Position numbers and translations under genes: made by a program. The notes beneath the pieces are model-generated. The model ran no database searches. It was not told where the DNA came from and saw only the letters and a program-made list of their open reading frames with translations. DNA of 63,978 bases, filler included, from Xylographa opegraphella (taxonomy: Eukaryota): assembly GCA_022813865.1 (NCBI GenBank). It is 3 parts of 3 records of this genome, joined end to end, with 100 filler letters (N's around TTAATTAATTAA, not from the genome) between each part and the next. Parts side by side here need not be neighbours in the genome. Positions count along the whole stretch, not along the records: positions 1 to 24,676 come from JALDZX010000127.1; positions 24,777 to 48,867 come from JALDZX010000128.1; 1 more part is not named here. One strand, given 5' to 3'. This document shows positions 13,304 to 25,824 of this stretch, in pieces; position 1 is the stretch's first letter, and every line of letters begins with the position of its first letter.

Positions 13304-13905
13304 TCAAAAGCTCACTTCATGCCCATTCGGGTCGGCTCGGTAGGTCTTCGTCCCGCTCTTCTCGAACGTACTACTGGTCGCGAGCGTGTCCTCCATGAAC
13401 TGCATATACACAATCCTACCCTCGGCATTGACTTTGGCCCATATCGCAAAGGGAGAAGTCTTGGTGATCCGCATCATGCTGCGGGTACTCGAGTCAATGC
13501 TGCTACCGCTGGGGGGTTTTTTGGGGGGGAGGGGTTCATCTCCATACCGGCTCGTATACGTGAAGCTTCCAAAGACAGCCACGTCCTCACCGGCGCCGAA
13601 GCAGCCCTTTACCGAAAAGTCCTTGTTTTCCCAGTGGCGGCCTACGTTCACGAACGTCTCGTAGATGGCCGACGGACCGGCCTTGTCGTGCGTTCCGCAC
13701 CACTACGTGCGGGGGACAAGTTATTGAGTTTGAACGTTCGAGAGCAAAAGGAAGCGACACTCACAGGCATGATTTCCTTAAGAGTCGGATTGTCATAGTT
13801 GAGGGACACGTACGTCGCATCCGGCGCGACGAGTTCGTTGAGGACCTCCTCGTTAGTGGTGTTCGCCAGAAGCTTCGCAACGACTTCTTTGGGGTCCGGT
13901 GCCAT
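13304..13905 (-). CDS. SnoaL/NTF2-like (ketosteroid isomerase-like) protein
   Basis: LVAPDATYVSLNY...IMPWCGTH...VAVFGSFTY...SPFAIWAKV...IVYMQFMEDT; two introns, the second (13479-13547, 69 nt) in-frame. Confidence 0.8.
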
Positions 13906-14677
13906 GATTGGGCGAGAAGCAGCTTGGTGATCGTGCCGTGAGCCTTTGAGAGTCTCTTGCCATTTCTCTCATTCAACGACGTGATCTCGTGTCTGATTGA
14001 CGGTCCCCGTTGGAGAGACTCACCTATACCTGCTGAGTAATGTTAGTAATCAGGGTTACGAATTAGGGTTCTGTCACGTGCACCCTATCTCGAGAACAGC
14101 GGGCTTTTGGGACTACCGGCTACAGGAACACTTCCGAGGAGGGTTTCGGCTCTGCGCGGTTTTTTACAGACTTTGAAATGCCTATCTTGCTCCCTCGTCG
14201 TTGCCTCGCTGGTGAAGGTCCTGGCGTGACTTGTATCTCGCTCATGTACTCGCCATATGGTTTTATGTCTTGCCTCCAGCGTAGCATCCACAACGCGTTT
14301 CCCTCACTCGGAGGCAACCCCATCCAGAAGGCATGTCTATCAAGGTGACTGTGCGCGCGAGGCGCAGAACTCGTACTTAGTACTACGACTATGACCACGC
14401 GATCAGATACACCTCGAGGAAGCAATATTACGCGTAAAAGGCCCTCACAGGAGAGGAAGCCACGAAGCAAGACCATTGCCACGAAGGGCAAAGTAGCTGT
14501 CATTTTCTATAGTACACCCCTATCTACCCAAGACACGCACCGCAGCGTGACGCATCCCCTCCCCGCCCTCTCATCTATGTGCCCAACCATCCAACCATGC
14601 CCGGCATACAAAGCACACCCTCATTCTCCATCCATCACCCCCATATCATCCCCATCCCCCCCCATCTCTCCCCCCAT

Positions 14678-15900
14678 CTAATTCCCATCACCCACAGGCG
14701 ACACACCCACCCGCCACCCAACCTTCATCAGCGTCTCGCACTTCTCGTCGATACTATTGTGCACCAGGTCCTGATCGAGGGCGACCTCGCCGGGCGGGTA
14801 GATGACGATGACGGTGCTGCCGCCGTAGTAGAAGGCGCCGAGACACTGGCCGCGGTGGATCTGTGTGCCGAGCGTGTCGACGCCGTTGACGTACTTGATG
14901 GAGCCGACGAGCATGGCGCCGACGGCGACGATGGCCGTCGGCGTCCCGTGCGGGTGCCGGCGCACCGTCATCACCGAGCGCTTGTTCTCGCAGAAGACGT
15001 CGAGCGTGCCGGCTTCGTTGATGGCTTGCGGGTTGCTGTGAGGGGGTCAGCTTTTTTGGGGTTTCATGATCGCTTGGAGCGGGGGGGAAGGGTGGCCAAC
15101 ACCGTGTAGTACGCTCCTGGGATATCCTTGATGGCCTCCACCGTGCCGCTGACGGGGGCGTGCCACCGATGGTAGTCCTGCGGGGCCAGGCGCGCGATGA
15201 CCATGCTGCCGCCGTCGAAGGAGCGCGCCATGGCGGCGTCGCCGAGCAGGCGCTCCATCGTGAAGCCGTAGCCCTTGATCCAGTACTTGGTCGCCAGATC
15301 GACGGTCGGGAAGGCGGTCAGCCTGCAGTCGGCGGGGCTACTGACGACGTGGGGGTTGGCGGGCTCGGCGATGGGCCGGGCGTCGGGGCGGATCTCGCGC
15401 GCGAAGAAGTCGTTGAAGCAGGCGTACCGGTCCGGGTCCGGCTGGACCATCTCCGCCATGCTGGCCTGCAGGTGGAAGCTCTCGATGAAGGGCCGGATGT
15501 GGCCCTTGCTGTCGGGGCGATCGTACTCGCGGCCCATCTTCTCGCTCTGCTCGCGCAGCAGGTCGAGCGTGCGTTTCCAGTGCAGGGCCTTCTCCTGCTC
15601 GGAGCCGTAGTACAGCAGGTGCATGCCGACGCGGACGTAGATGCTCATGGCCTCCCAGTGCCGCTGGCCCGTCTGCCGGTCGATCACGTAGTTGCCCATG
15701 TGGAACTTGCTCTCGAGGCCGGTGATGACGTGCTCAGGCAGGATCTTGGACAGGAAGGAGTGTGCGTGCTCATGGTCGGCGGGGCGGTGCAGCGTGCTTC
15801 GCGGGTCGGCGCCGTGGTTGTTGAGCGTCTGGTCGGTGATGTTGTTGAGGGCGGCGGAGGTGGCCTGGAAGCCTTCCTCGTTGAGGTGCTCGGAAGCCAT
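14678..15900 (-). CDS. Phosphatidylserine decarboxylase family proenzyme (no C2 domains)
   Basis: FNDFFAR, VSSPADCR, RLAPQDYHRWHAP, YYTVNPQA, VGAMLVGSI and GGST pyruvoyl self-cleavage motif; intron 15036-15100. Confidence 0.92.
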
Positions 15901-16790
15901 GATGATAGCGAGGGGGACACGATCAGTTGTCTTGGTGAGCTTGAGGGTTGGGTAGGAGAGAAGCTTCGGGAGCGTGACGCTTTGTTGAGCAGAGTGCGCG
16001 GTCAGCACGGCGTGAATTTCGATCCTTTCAAATGCAGAGGAGGGGCTGAGCTGCAAACGAGAAGGCTTTGATAGGTGCTATGTTGGCGGGCCCGTTTCAC
16101 ATGCGGTCGGTTATTAACCTACCCCGCGCCTGGATGTAAACACCACGGCGGGCGTCGACTCGACGGCCGGTCTGGTTGACATGGTTCAACCGATGCAACA
16201 GCAAGCGTGAAGACTACCATTCGAAAGATTACATATGCTAGATCACCCACGAGTGCTGTGCACCCAATGAGTTGCTACAGATATCCGTCCAGTTTACCCG
16301 ACGAGCTTATCGACCAAGATCGGCCTCAGATCTGTCTGAAGCCCTAATCTCTTGGCATACCCTTCGACCACAACGCTGGACAGCGCAGAGGTCCTGCCAG
16401 AGCATGAATCATGGTCCGAACAGTACTATGATTACGCTCTTTCTCGAGATATCGATGATCAAAGCTGGGCCTGTCTAGGGACACTGGAGTTTAGGCAGTC
16501 GGAACAGCTCGTTTCAGGAGAAAGTCAGCATGAAGGGAGTTCAATAGTTCAACTTTGTTTAAGCAGCCTCAAGAACTTCTACCTTGTAGTCTAGCTAGAT
16601 TGCTGGTACATCTTCGAACCCTGGGAAAGTGGGATATCCAGCACATGTACCTCTCAGCGCCGTTGTGGCAATTGTGCCTCCTCCACAGAGCATGGTAACA
16701 GCGCCAGACACACAAGACATCCATGCAACCGAAACCTTACAAGCCTATTTCTTCGGAAGGGAAATCGAAAACCACATTACAATTCTTAGC

Positions 16791-19700
16791 TCAATCGTCA
16801 TCGCTCGGCATGCCACTCTCCCCGCCATTGGTATACATATCATGAGTGCCATTCCCGTTGGCGTTCCCGTTGAACGTAAGCTTCAGCTTCTGTCCATTCA
16901 TCCCACTTGATGCTAGAGGCGTACCCACACTCGAGACAGCACCTGTAGAGCGCCCGTCCGCAGGTGTAGAGTTAGAGTCGTCGAAGTCCTGGAACTCGGG
17001 ATACTTGGCAGTTTCTTCCTTCAGTTTAGCGATGCATGCAGCCTATGTTCATGTTAGTGAAACCCCAAGCAATATCACCGGCCCGAGATCCGTACCTCAA
17101 TGTCATTGGCATCCTGGAAGAGCAGGCTACCGTCCTCGTTATAGGTTCTGGCGTTGTTGCAAAGTAGGCGGATGTCGTCTCGGAATCCTCTCAAGCTCTG
17201 GTATTCGTTCTTGTTGATCTTTTTCTGTATGATGTCCATGGCCATAGGGCTTGTGATGATGATGTAGTAGTCGGGATAGAGATTTCTTGGAACCAGTTTG
17301 ATGAACGGATCAATGATCCCTCTGGTTTGTGGTCCTTCCTCATCGTCTGATGACTCGGCAGGAATCTCGGCCTCAAGATCCATAAGATGTTGATAGACAT
17401 TGTTCAGAATTTTCTGCAGCTTGGTGCGTTCGGAAGGACTGAGAGTCTCTACGGTCTTGGTCTGTTTTCCACGTTTTCGCTTCGCGGATGGTAGCTCTTC
17501 AACTTCGTCCTCGGCTTTGCGTTTTGGTGCATTATTTTTGCGCCCACGTTTTTTGGTCATAGGTTCTTCGGAAGTATGACGAGAAGGCTCGGGTGAGCTG
17601 TCTCCCCCAGCTCCATTTCTCGCCCGCTTATCTTTGTTGGTGTTCCGTTTTTCAATACGGGCGTTCTTGCGAGCAATAGCAGCCTCAAGCGTGTCCTCGT
17701 CATCATCGACAGCCATTAGCCACTGATCCTCGGTAAGTCCATCATCGTATTTGACTCGAGTCCTCTCCCGTGCACCTCGACCAGCAATCTCTTCAATCTC
17801 TTCCGTTACAGGATTGTCCTCTTGCAAATAAATGTCTGGGAGTTCGCTCTCACCCATCAGACGAGGCAGCTTACGGCCAGGCCCGTAATCTGGATCCTTG
17901 GCTCTCTCTTGATCAATTTTCTGGAATTGTATCAATTCCTCGTCTGATCTCGCCATGATGGCATTAAGGTCATCATCGTCCATCTCTTCTTGCTCAGCTG
18001 ATTGCTCAGCCGCTTCGGCGGTATCCAGCAGAGATCGTAGGAGAGCTTCACGTTCTTCATTGGAAGACTTGTTGTCAAATTTCCCGGCTTGAATGACTTT
18101 ACCGTCCATATCGAGTTTGAACTTTGCGCGTTCCAAAATCTTCTCCTCCACAGAGTTGGAACTGATGAGTCTCAGGATGCGAACTTCATTCTTCTGTCCA
18201 ATCCGATGAGCACGATCTTGAGCCTGTAAATCTTGGTGAGGATTCCAGTCTGAATCATAGATAATGACAGTATCTGCGGTCTGTAAATTCAAACCCAACC
18301 CACCAGCACGGGTCGACAGTAGGAAGCAGAAATATGGGGAGTTCGGCGCATTGAACAACTTTAAGAGTTCCGATCGATCATCCGATTTGGTCGAACCGTC
18401 GAGTCGTAGGTACTGCATTCCCCGCAGTCTTAAGAAATCCTCCATTATGTTCATGATTTGGGTCATTTGGAAGAACATAAGAACACGGTGACCCGACATC
18501 AAGAACTTTGGCAAGACCCGATCAAGCAGCTCGAACTTACCGGCTGTACGCCACAAAAGATCGTTGGTTCCTTTGCCAGGGTTCATCTGCTCCTCCACCT
18601 GTTCGAAAACGAACGGATGGTTGCAGAGCTTTCTCAATTGCATCAACATATTACTGAGACCACGCATACCAGTCTTACCTCCCTTTCCATCACTGACAGA
18701 CATCTTGTTGTATGTCACTAATTGCTTGTATAGCTTGGCCTGCAATGCGGAGAATCTGCACTTGATAACACGTTCTTGTTTGTCAGGTAGATCCTTCTCC
18801 ACATCTTTCTTAAGACGACGGAGCAAGAATGGACGTAGAACCTTGTGCAATCGACGAATAACAAGCAGTTGCTCTTCCTCAGTAAGCTCCATCTTATCTT
18901 GGCCACCTGTATTGGCAAATGGAGTGTTGAACCACTCATCGAACGACTTGACAGACTTGAAGATCGTCGGAAGAACAAAGTTGAGCAAAGCCCACAACTC
19001 CGGGAGGTTGTTCTGCAGAGGTGTACCCGTAAGAATAAGACGGTATCGCGTATGGTAATAAGTAGTAAGTGTATGGCTCAATTTCGAATTCGCGTTCTTC
19101 ATTCGATGACCTTCATCCACTATCATATGAACCCATTTGATCTTGCTTAGTACGGGCCGATCTTTGATGATATACTCGTACGTTGTTAGCAAGACTTGGA
19201 AATTGCCGTAGCGAATTTGATTCTGCTGCAGTTTTCGGGCATTTGGAGGACCCTTATATACCACTCTTGCGACTGAAGGTGCCCATTTCTCAAATTCCAA
19301 GTTCCAATTCGTCAGTGTACTGAGGGGTACTATCACCAGGAATGGCCCGTTCTGTTTCTTTTTCTCAATCAGGTATGTGATGAGACTTATCGTTTGGATG
19401 GTCTTGCCAAGTCCCATTTCGTCGGCAAGAATGCCATCGAGATTGTTGTTGTAGAGCGATATCATCCATTGCAGACCCTTAATCTGATATTCCTTCAAGG
19501 TGCCTCCGACCAATATACTGGGCTGAGCTTTGACTTCTTCCTTGATGCGATGAGCAACTGCATAGTAGTCGACCTTCGGACCACCTTCCGCCTCGTCCTC
19601 TTCACTATCGCTGATATCTTCTTCCGGTAGCATGTTTTCGTCGCCATAGTTGACGGCAGCAGTCCTTTGTTGTGCCTTCACCGATGCAGAAAGCTGGCTC

Positions 19701-21261
19701 AAGAAGCCATCAGTCTGTTTCAGAAGGTGAGAAATACGAGAGTCTTTTGCCTGCCCAAGCAGCTTCAAGTAAGTCTCCTCGTCATTGGCCTTTAGAGCTT
19801 GAAGACGTTGTTTGGCTGTCCGTTCCACACGTTTCTGCTCTTCCTTCTCGATGTATTGATGGTGCGACAACATCATGCGACCAAGTTTCTGAACTCTGGC
19901 CCTCTGAGTGTCTGCATTCTTTCTTATCTCAATGGCGTGTTGAAGAATAGCTTGCAGGTGGTCAATTTGTTTCTTCTTCTCCTTTGTCTCTCGGGCATCT
20001 CGCTGCTCCTTCTCGAGTTTTTCGGTTATCCTTGCCTCCGTGACACTCTGCTTCTTCATCCGTCGATACTGAGAACGATTGGCAGTCTGTGCAAGATTGT
20101 CGTAGTAGATCATGTCCCGACTAACCTGCAAGCGGAGTTGTCTTTGCTTTTCTTTAAGGTTTAGCATCTTATACTCAATCACAGCTTTGAGTTTCCTTGA
20201 ATGGTCAGGCGTGAATATCTCGCTTTTGCTAGAATCCCAGCTCTCGATGCTCGGATCGAGCGCTTTCAGCTCTTGCATTCGTGAAAGCATGCGATTGTAC
20301 ACAATTTTTTCCCGGTCCTCCCGAACACGATCAACATCGACACCAGAAGGCAAAAGTGTCGGTATCAGGTAGCCTCCATTTCGATAAGAGTGAGCGGCAT
20401 AGCTGATCGTTGGCTTGAATTCTGCTAGGGCATACGGATCCTTGAATGTCTTGTACGTGTTCTGCTTGCCCTCAACAGGCGTAGACGCTGGTTCGGTAGG
20501 CGCAGGCTGTGAAACTGTATCAAGACTCTGAGAGAGCGCTTCAATGTTCTGACTGATCGTCGTTGGTGGTCTGCTCTGTTGTTGGAAAAGCATTTGTTTC
20601 ACGGCCGGAGGGATAGCCATGTTCTTCGACAGATGCTTGAAGGCGAGAATTTGATGCTTGAGGAGAGTTATTTGTCGAGGTGTAAGAATACTACCAGGTG
20701 CTGTGATGTCCTTCGGTGTTTGAGCTGCCGACTCACCGTTCGTTGTGGTTGTTGGTGTATGAGGTGTGGGAGCCGCTGTGAGCGTGTTCGAAGGAGCCGA
20801 AGACGTTGCGTCACCTTGGGTATGAGAGGTCAGCAAGTAATCGCAATCTAGTGCTCAAGCGGAGAAAACACTACCATTGATTCCATTTGCGGGTTGTTGT
20901 TGCTGCTGTTGCTGTAATAGCTGATGTTGTTGCTGCGCTTGACGTTGTCGTGCTAGTGCTTCTTGTTCTTTTAACTTGCGTAGTTGTGACTGTTGACTCA
21001 GCCTCGACAGGAGTTGATGGGCTTTGATGAACTCGGGATCATCTTCGGGCACTCCTTGCTTCTTCATCTGTTGATATTTCTAAAATCCATCAGTAAGTAG
21101 TCCAGAAAAGTTCACTAGATAGCACAGCGTGAAGCGTCGGGGGCTGGACAATGATAGGGTTGGTTTACTTGATAAATTTCTTGGACATGCTGATGAGTGA
21201 GGTTGGCCGGCATAGGCATGCCACCCGATGCCATTGTGGGCGCATGCTGAACGGCTGCCAT
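16791..21261 (-). CDS. STH1: SWI/SNF-RSC catalytic ATPase (QLQ, HSA, SNF2 helicase, SnAC, bromodomain)
   Basis: GILADEMGLGKT, DEGHRMKN, LTGTPLQN, QAQDRAHRIGQ, bromodomain YPDYYIII...NARTYNEDGS; short 5' exons with poly-Q; last exon ends SDDD* at 16791. Confidence 0.95.
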
Positions 21262-22425
21262 GGTCGAGGGTTGATCCAATGCGCCCGGTCTGGTGGAATT
21301 AAAGATGAACGTTGCGTGTTGATGGGGTTGAGCCCGGCGCAATTAATGATGGACGATCTCAGAAACTCCCTCTGCTAGGGACAGGAGGTGAAATGAGCAA
21401 TATGGGGAGAAGCTGCACATGCGACACCATACACCTGTGGGAGGCCTCGAAGCGTCCCCAACGCGTCGGGGAAGACGTGTTGGGAGATTATTCGGGGTGA
21501 GCGAGAGGTCTGGCGATGGAGGGGTCTCGGCTTTAGCTGGATGGACGTGATGCGATCTGATGGAAGTGAGGTTGCGGTTCTCAGCCCTTCGTCTAGTTCT
21601 TCTAGTGGCCACGCTAACTCGACACAGACTAGATGGCTTCCGCTAGATGCTTGGCATGGACAAAGTCACTGAAAGTCTTCCCGCTCCACTGGAGGATTCC
21701 CATGTCGGGACCCATGGGATTCTGCTTCTTGTCTGGAAGAACCACCAGATGAGCCCTTCGTACCGAAGGAGCAATAGACGTAGTGTAAAAGCAGTGTTTA
21801 ATTCACTACTCATATCTTCGGAGCCGCATTTCTGGGCGCTTTCACAACTATCATTTTTCTTCACGCAGTCATAACACGCAGAGTAACCTTCCAGGTAGGC
21901 ACTTGGATGCTTCATAGCCTGGTCGGGCCTACCAAGTACTTCAACTTTCATACGGTCTACACACTCTATCGTAATATACAGTCCTTATCCTAGTCACTAT
22001 AAATGTTCTTTCCACATGATCCAAAACTCAACGTACTCTGCGCTTTCGTCTACGTCCGCGGTCCCTGGGTGAGATGAAAGTATCGTGCTACAGTAGCTAC
22101 CCGAGCGCTTAGCTCCCTAAACGATATGCATCTTCGTTCAAATAGAGACTGGACAAAGAGCGGCGGGGCGCTGTTGAAAGTGTTATACGCATTCCCCGAC
22201 ATACCAGACATAGTCTGATACCCTAGGCATTCTCCATGACTTCGGTGACGTCCATACGTCCTGATGGTCTGCAGCCTCTTTCACGATGCGAGCATTACTG
22301 TGTTAGACGTCAGGCATATCATCCACTTGAAAAGCTGTCCAACGTGTCTTGAGAAGTTTGTCTTCCGCTTGCAGCCACTTAAATGGCAAGCGTGTCTCGA
22401 GAATCTTGACTTCCGCTAAAGTAGC

Positions 22426-24027
22426 TCAAGCAGCGAACGTTGACCGTCGTTCAGGAATGGGAAGTCGGCGCTCCAAGTTAGAGCTTTGACCACCATCGTG
22501 CGACAATATGCTGCTCGACTCCGCCAGAGTGGCAAGAACAGGCCGTGGGGCCGGAATGTCGGTTTTGGGCTGGAAGCCAAGATAAGCCCGAGGTCTGCTG
22601 TATGATGGATGATTGCCGCCCGTAATATGAGCTTGTGGTACGGTCGGATATTTGCGGAGCGGTATTGTTGTTTGGATTCCTCCCATCTTCTGCTCCGTGT
22701 CCTGTCGCGAGGCCGGCTTAAAGTTCTCGTCGTCCGACTCCGAATCAGTACCCTCATTGCTTCTATCGTGGCTACGGGCCAACTTTGTCACGAATGCTTG
22801 CGCACTGGAGCTTGTAGAGTTTCGTGAAGCGTCACCAGTGGAACCGGTCGGTATGGCTGTCGAGGCTGAGCGTAATTTGACAGCCGCGGCATCGGCTTTC
22901 GATCGCTTACGAGCCTCGAAATCCTTGGTCTCTTCTAAATAGTGGTCAGGCCGGCTTCGGAAGACGTGCGGTATGAACGGGGACTTACCCCAAAAGATCT
23001 CCAGGATCGTTAGTATAGGTAACGATAATAAAAACATTGGCATCAGTTGTCCGAAGCCCCAGGATTGTGTCCCCCCGCTCGAGCTATCCATATACAGCTG
23101 ACCGGCAGCAATATCATCAAACAGAAACCATACACCCAATCCGTAGAATATTAGATCGAACAGGAAATTCACATATTGAAAATAATAGTAGACGTATTTG
23201 AAAGTCAGTTTGATGATGGTATATAGAAGCCTAGCCATTGCGGATTTGCCTTGGGATGGCTTGCGTGATGCTTTCATCCAGTTCTCAAACCTCTTAGACT
23301 TGGCCTCAATAAGGTCATTGATCGGAGAGAACAGTGGTAGGACTGTCGTGGAATACCCGTAGACCAGCAGGATGAAGGTGAGGAACGTAAAGCCAACGAT
23401 TGGGCCTTTCATATTACCAGCGGTGGTCAGGAATGTGCATCGCACAGGTACAGGCAGCCGATCGTACCACAGCTGATTCGTTTCCAGGATCGTTGCAACC
23501 ATCAGAAGTAGACACATGGTCCCCATAAGTACAACTCTCCAGAAGCGAGCGGCGTGGTACTCCTGGAGGTAGTCACTCAAGATCAACATGGCCGTGAGAT
23601 GCGAACTGGACGAAAACCAAACCAGGTCAGTGATGATACTAAAGTGGTACGTTGTGATATCACATTTGAGGAAAGCGACAAGCAGCATCGATGTACCGGT
23701 AAGCAGTTGCACGTCGGCGAGGCCAAGAACGAAGCGTTCGATGATCGCTTCGACATATTCTCGACTCTCCTTCTTGATTCCGAGCTTCGTGCGGAAGCCT
23801 TCCCACAGTCCTGAGTCTCCATCAACTTGGGGCGGTTTACTGTCCTTCGGTGGCTTAGTTGGAAGCTGTTGCAGCACAAGTCCAATCAACGAGGTGACGA
23901 GTGTTAGGCCGGCGGAAACCAAGAAGGAAACAACGACGCCGATACCATCGATGTCTGGATCAGGCGTTATATATGTATAATTTGCAGTACAATCTGGCAC
24001 ACGCGTGCCCGCGCAGAAACCCGCCAT
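22426..24027 (-). CDS. Multi-pass membrane protein of a common fungal family of unknown function
   Basis: PDPDIDGIGVVVSF, LADVQLLTG, YHF..I.DL.WFSS..HL, WGFGQLMPMFLL motifs; about 7 hydrophobic segments; probable in-frame intron ~22935-22988. Confidence 0.75.
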   Translation of the reverse strand: MAGFCAGTRVPDCTANYTYITPDPDIDGIGVVVSFLVSAGLTLVTSLIGLVLQQLPTKPPKDSKPPQVDGDSGLWEGFRTKLGIKKESREYVEAIIERFVLGLADVQLLTGTSMLLVAFLKCDITTYHFSIITDLVWFSSSSHLTAMLILSDYLQEYHAARFWRVVLMGTMCLLLMVATILETNQLWYDRLPVPVRCTFLTTAGNMKGPIVGFTFLTFILLVYGYSTTVLPLFSPINDLIEAKSKRFENWMKASRKPSQGKSAMARLLYTIIKLTFKYVYYYFQYVNFLFDLIFYGLGVWFLFDDIAAGQLYMDSSSGGTQSWGFGQLMPMFLLSLPILTILEIFWGKSPFIPHVFRSRPDHYLEETKDFEARKRSKADAAAVKLRSASTAIPTGSTGDASRNSTSSSAQAFVTKLARSHDRSNEGTDSESDDENFKPASRQDTEQKMGGIQTTIPLRKYPTVPQAHITGGNHPSYSRPRAYLGFQPKTDIPAPRPVLATLAESSSILSHDGGQSSNLERRLPIPERRSTFAA

Positions 24028-24439
24028 AGCAAGATGCCATAGTAGCGGCGGGGTGGAGATACATGATATAGACTAGGACCTATCCAAAGACTTGTATGGA
24101 GCAGCACACATTTGTGGCGGTGGACTCGATTCGGCCCATTAGCGTTTGGGGGTGGAGGAAAGTCGAAACAAGAGACCAATTGGATCGGGGTTCAGACAGG
24201 GCGCGGCATGATGGGCGCACGACCATGCTCGCTGGTTCTGCAGCTTCCTTCTCAAAGAGGGAACACGAGAGAAGGTGAAAAGCAGCTAAGCGACTTAGCG
24301 TATCGGGTGCCTCGTTCGACCAATGAGGTCCGTCGCTTGTAAAGCCCAAGCAGACACTAAGAATCGAAAGTTCAAGAGTTCGAACGCCGAACAAATTACG
24401 GAGCCATACACCAAAAGTCCTTAGAGTCCGCTAGTAGGG

Positions 24440-25160
24440 GTTAGCCCCTACTTGCATAATAGTGCATATACCCCTGTATATATCGATTCTTATGCTAATA
24501 TTCTTTTATAAATATAATTAATAAAGGTTACAGCTAGAGTTTACTCGCTAATTTCGGTTTGATTATTTTTTAATTTGTTTTAAAAATTTTCGCTTTTTTC
24601 GTTTATTTCGCCTTTTGTTGAAAATCAGGGCGTTAGCAGTCTGTGTTGTTGGTCCTTTACTATAGCCGATTAGGCCNNNNNNNNNNNNNNNNNNNNNNNN
24701 NNNNNNNNNNNNNNNNNNNNTTAATTAATTAANNNNNNNNNNNNNNNNNNNNNNNNNNNNNNNNNNNNNNNNNNNNGACGCGCTTTAGTCCCGTTCCGTC
24801 TATCACTTGTTAAGGTGCCATGTAACACGCCGTTACACGATTACTGTTGCCCCCGCCCTGATCCAAATACACGTGCCTTTTAATAAATAATAAAATAATT
24901 AATTGTTTTTAAAGCGATACCGGGCGTCTAATTATTATAATACAGTATAATATAATATATAAAAAACGTAATAATATTCGTAAAAACTATATAGGGGTTT
25001 ACGGCTATATAAAATACGATATCGGCGGGCGAAAGCCCCTTTTCGATACCCGAACTCCGCACCGAATTGGGCAGATCGTTTACTAGTGCGATTGGGCGAG
25101 CCGTTAGCGGTTTCACCTGCGACAATAGTGACCGCCAAGCCATCGGGGAACGTAGTAACA
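24440..25160. mobile_element. AT-rich degenerate repeat on both sides of an assembly join; right part possibly a solo-LTR relic
   Basis: AT-rich with retained CpG; TGTAAC at 24821 and GTAACA ending at 25160 resemble LTR termini, but no target-site duplication was found. Confidence 0.4.
24677..24776. other. Artificial assembly spacer (44 N + TTAATTAATTAA + 44 N)
   Basis: Exactly 100 bp; the 12-mer gives stops in all six frames; identical construct at 48868-48967. Confidence 0.95.
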
Positions 25161-25824
25161 AGTATTTGTTCCTTTTCCCGGCCTGAACGCGGCTACGTAG
25201 GTCGATATGATTAATTCTGCCGTTATTGTGGCGAAATTACTTTTGAGACGGAGAGTCTCCTTTGTTATCTGCGAAAATATGGATATATTCAGAGAAATCA
25301 TAAGTCCCATGTGTGCTAACGGTGAACTGTGGGAGGCAGGACACGGGATAATACTCCCTCGGATACGAATATCAACGAGAGAGGTGGAAAGGAGGCGTAT
25401 AATCTTGTTGCTGGGTGTGATACGATAGCAGTAATCAGACGATTGGTATGGTTGGCTACGTACGTACGGAGTGCTTTGTATGTACCTACCTAGGCTTGGC
25501 AGGGCATCACGGTTGGCTGCTAGCGCATGTCTGCTCGAGGACGATCTAAGTATTTGCACTGTTTGTGTCTGTGTAGATACCATGAAGCGTAAACCTCTCA
25601 GCAAATAAACTGCCCTGTGCAGCTGGCACGAAATGCAACATCAGTTTCCGATTGTACCTTGAATTAGCTCACGCTTGACAGATAAAATCATGGTTGTATC
25701 CCCTCTCCATTGACACCGGCCGTCGGTGATCCTCTCACAGAGAAACCACACAATGGGTTTCATTGGCGGCTTCGTCGAGCACCTTACACCACGCATAGGC
25801 AATGGCTTCACGAACTCTCAAACC

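Noticed and set aside
14678..15900. PsiD-type psilocybin pathway or bacterial HGT
   Set aside because: No kinase or methyltransferase partners nearby; the gene has a spliceosomal intron; similar high GC3 occurs in other native genes here.
15160..16071. 303-aa plus-strand ORF
   Set aside because: Antisense shadow of the GC3-rich PSD gene.
24721..24732. TTAATTAATTAA palindrome as a biological motif
   Set aside because: Centred in symmetric N-runs totalling 100 bp, twice; an assembly linker.
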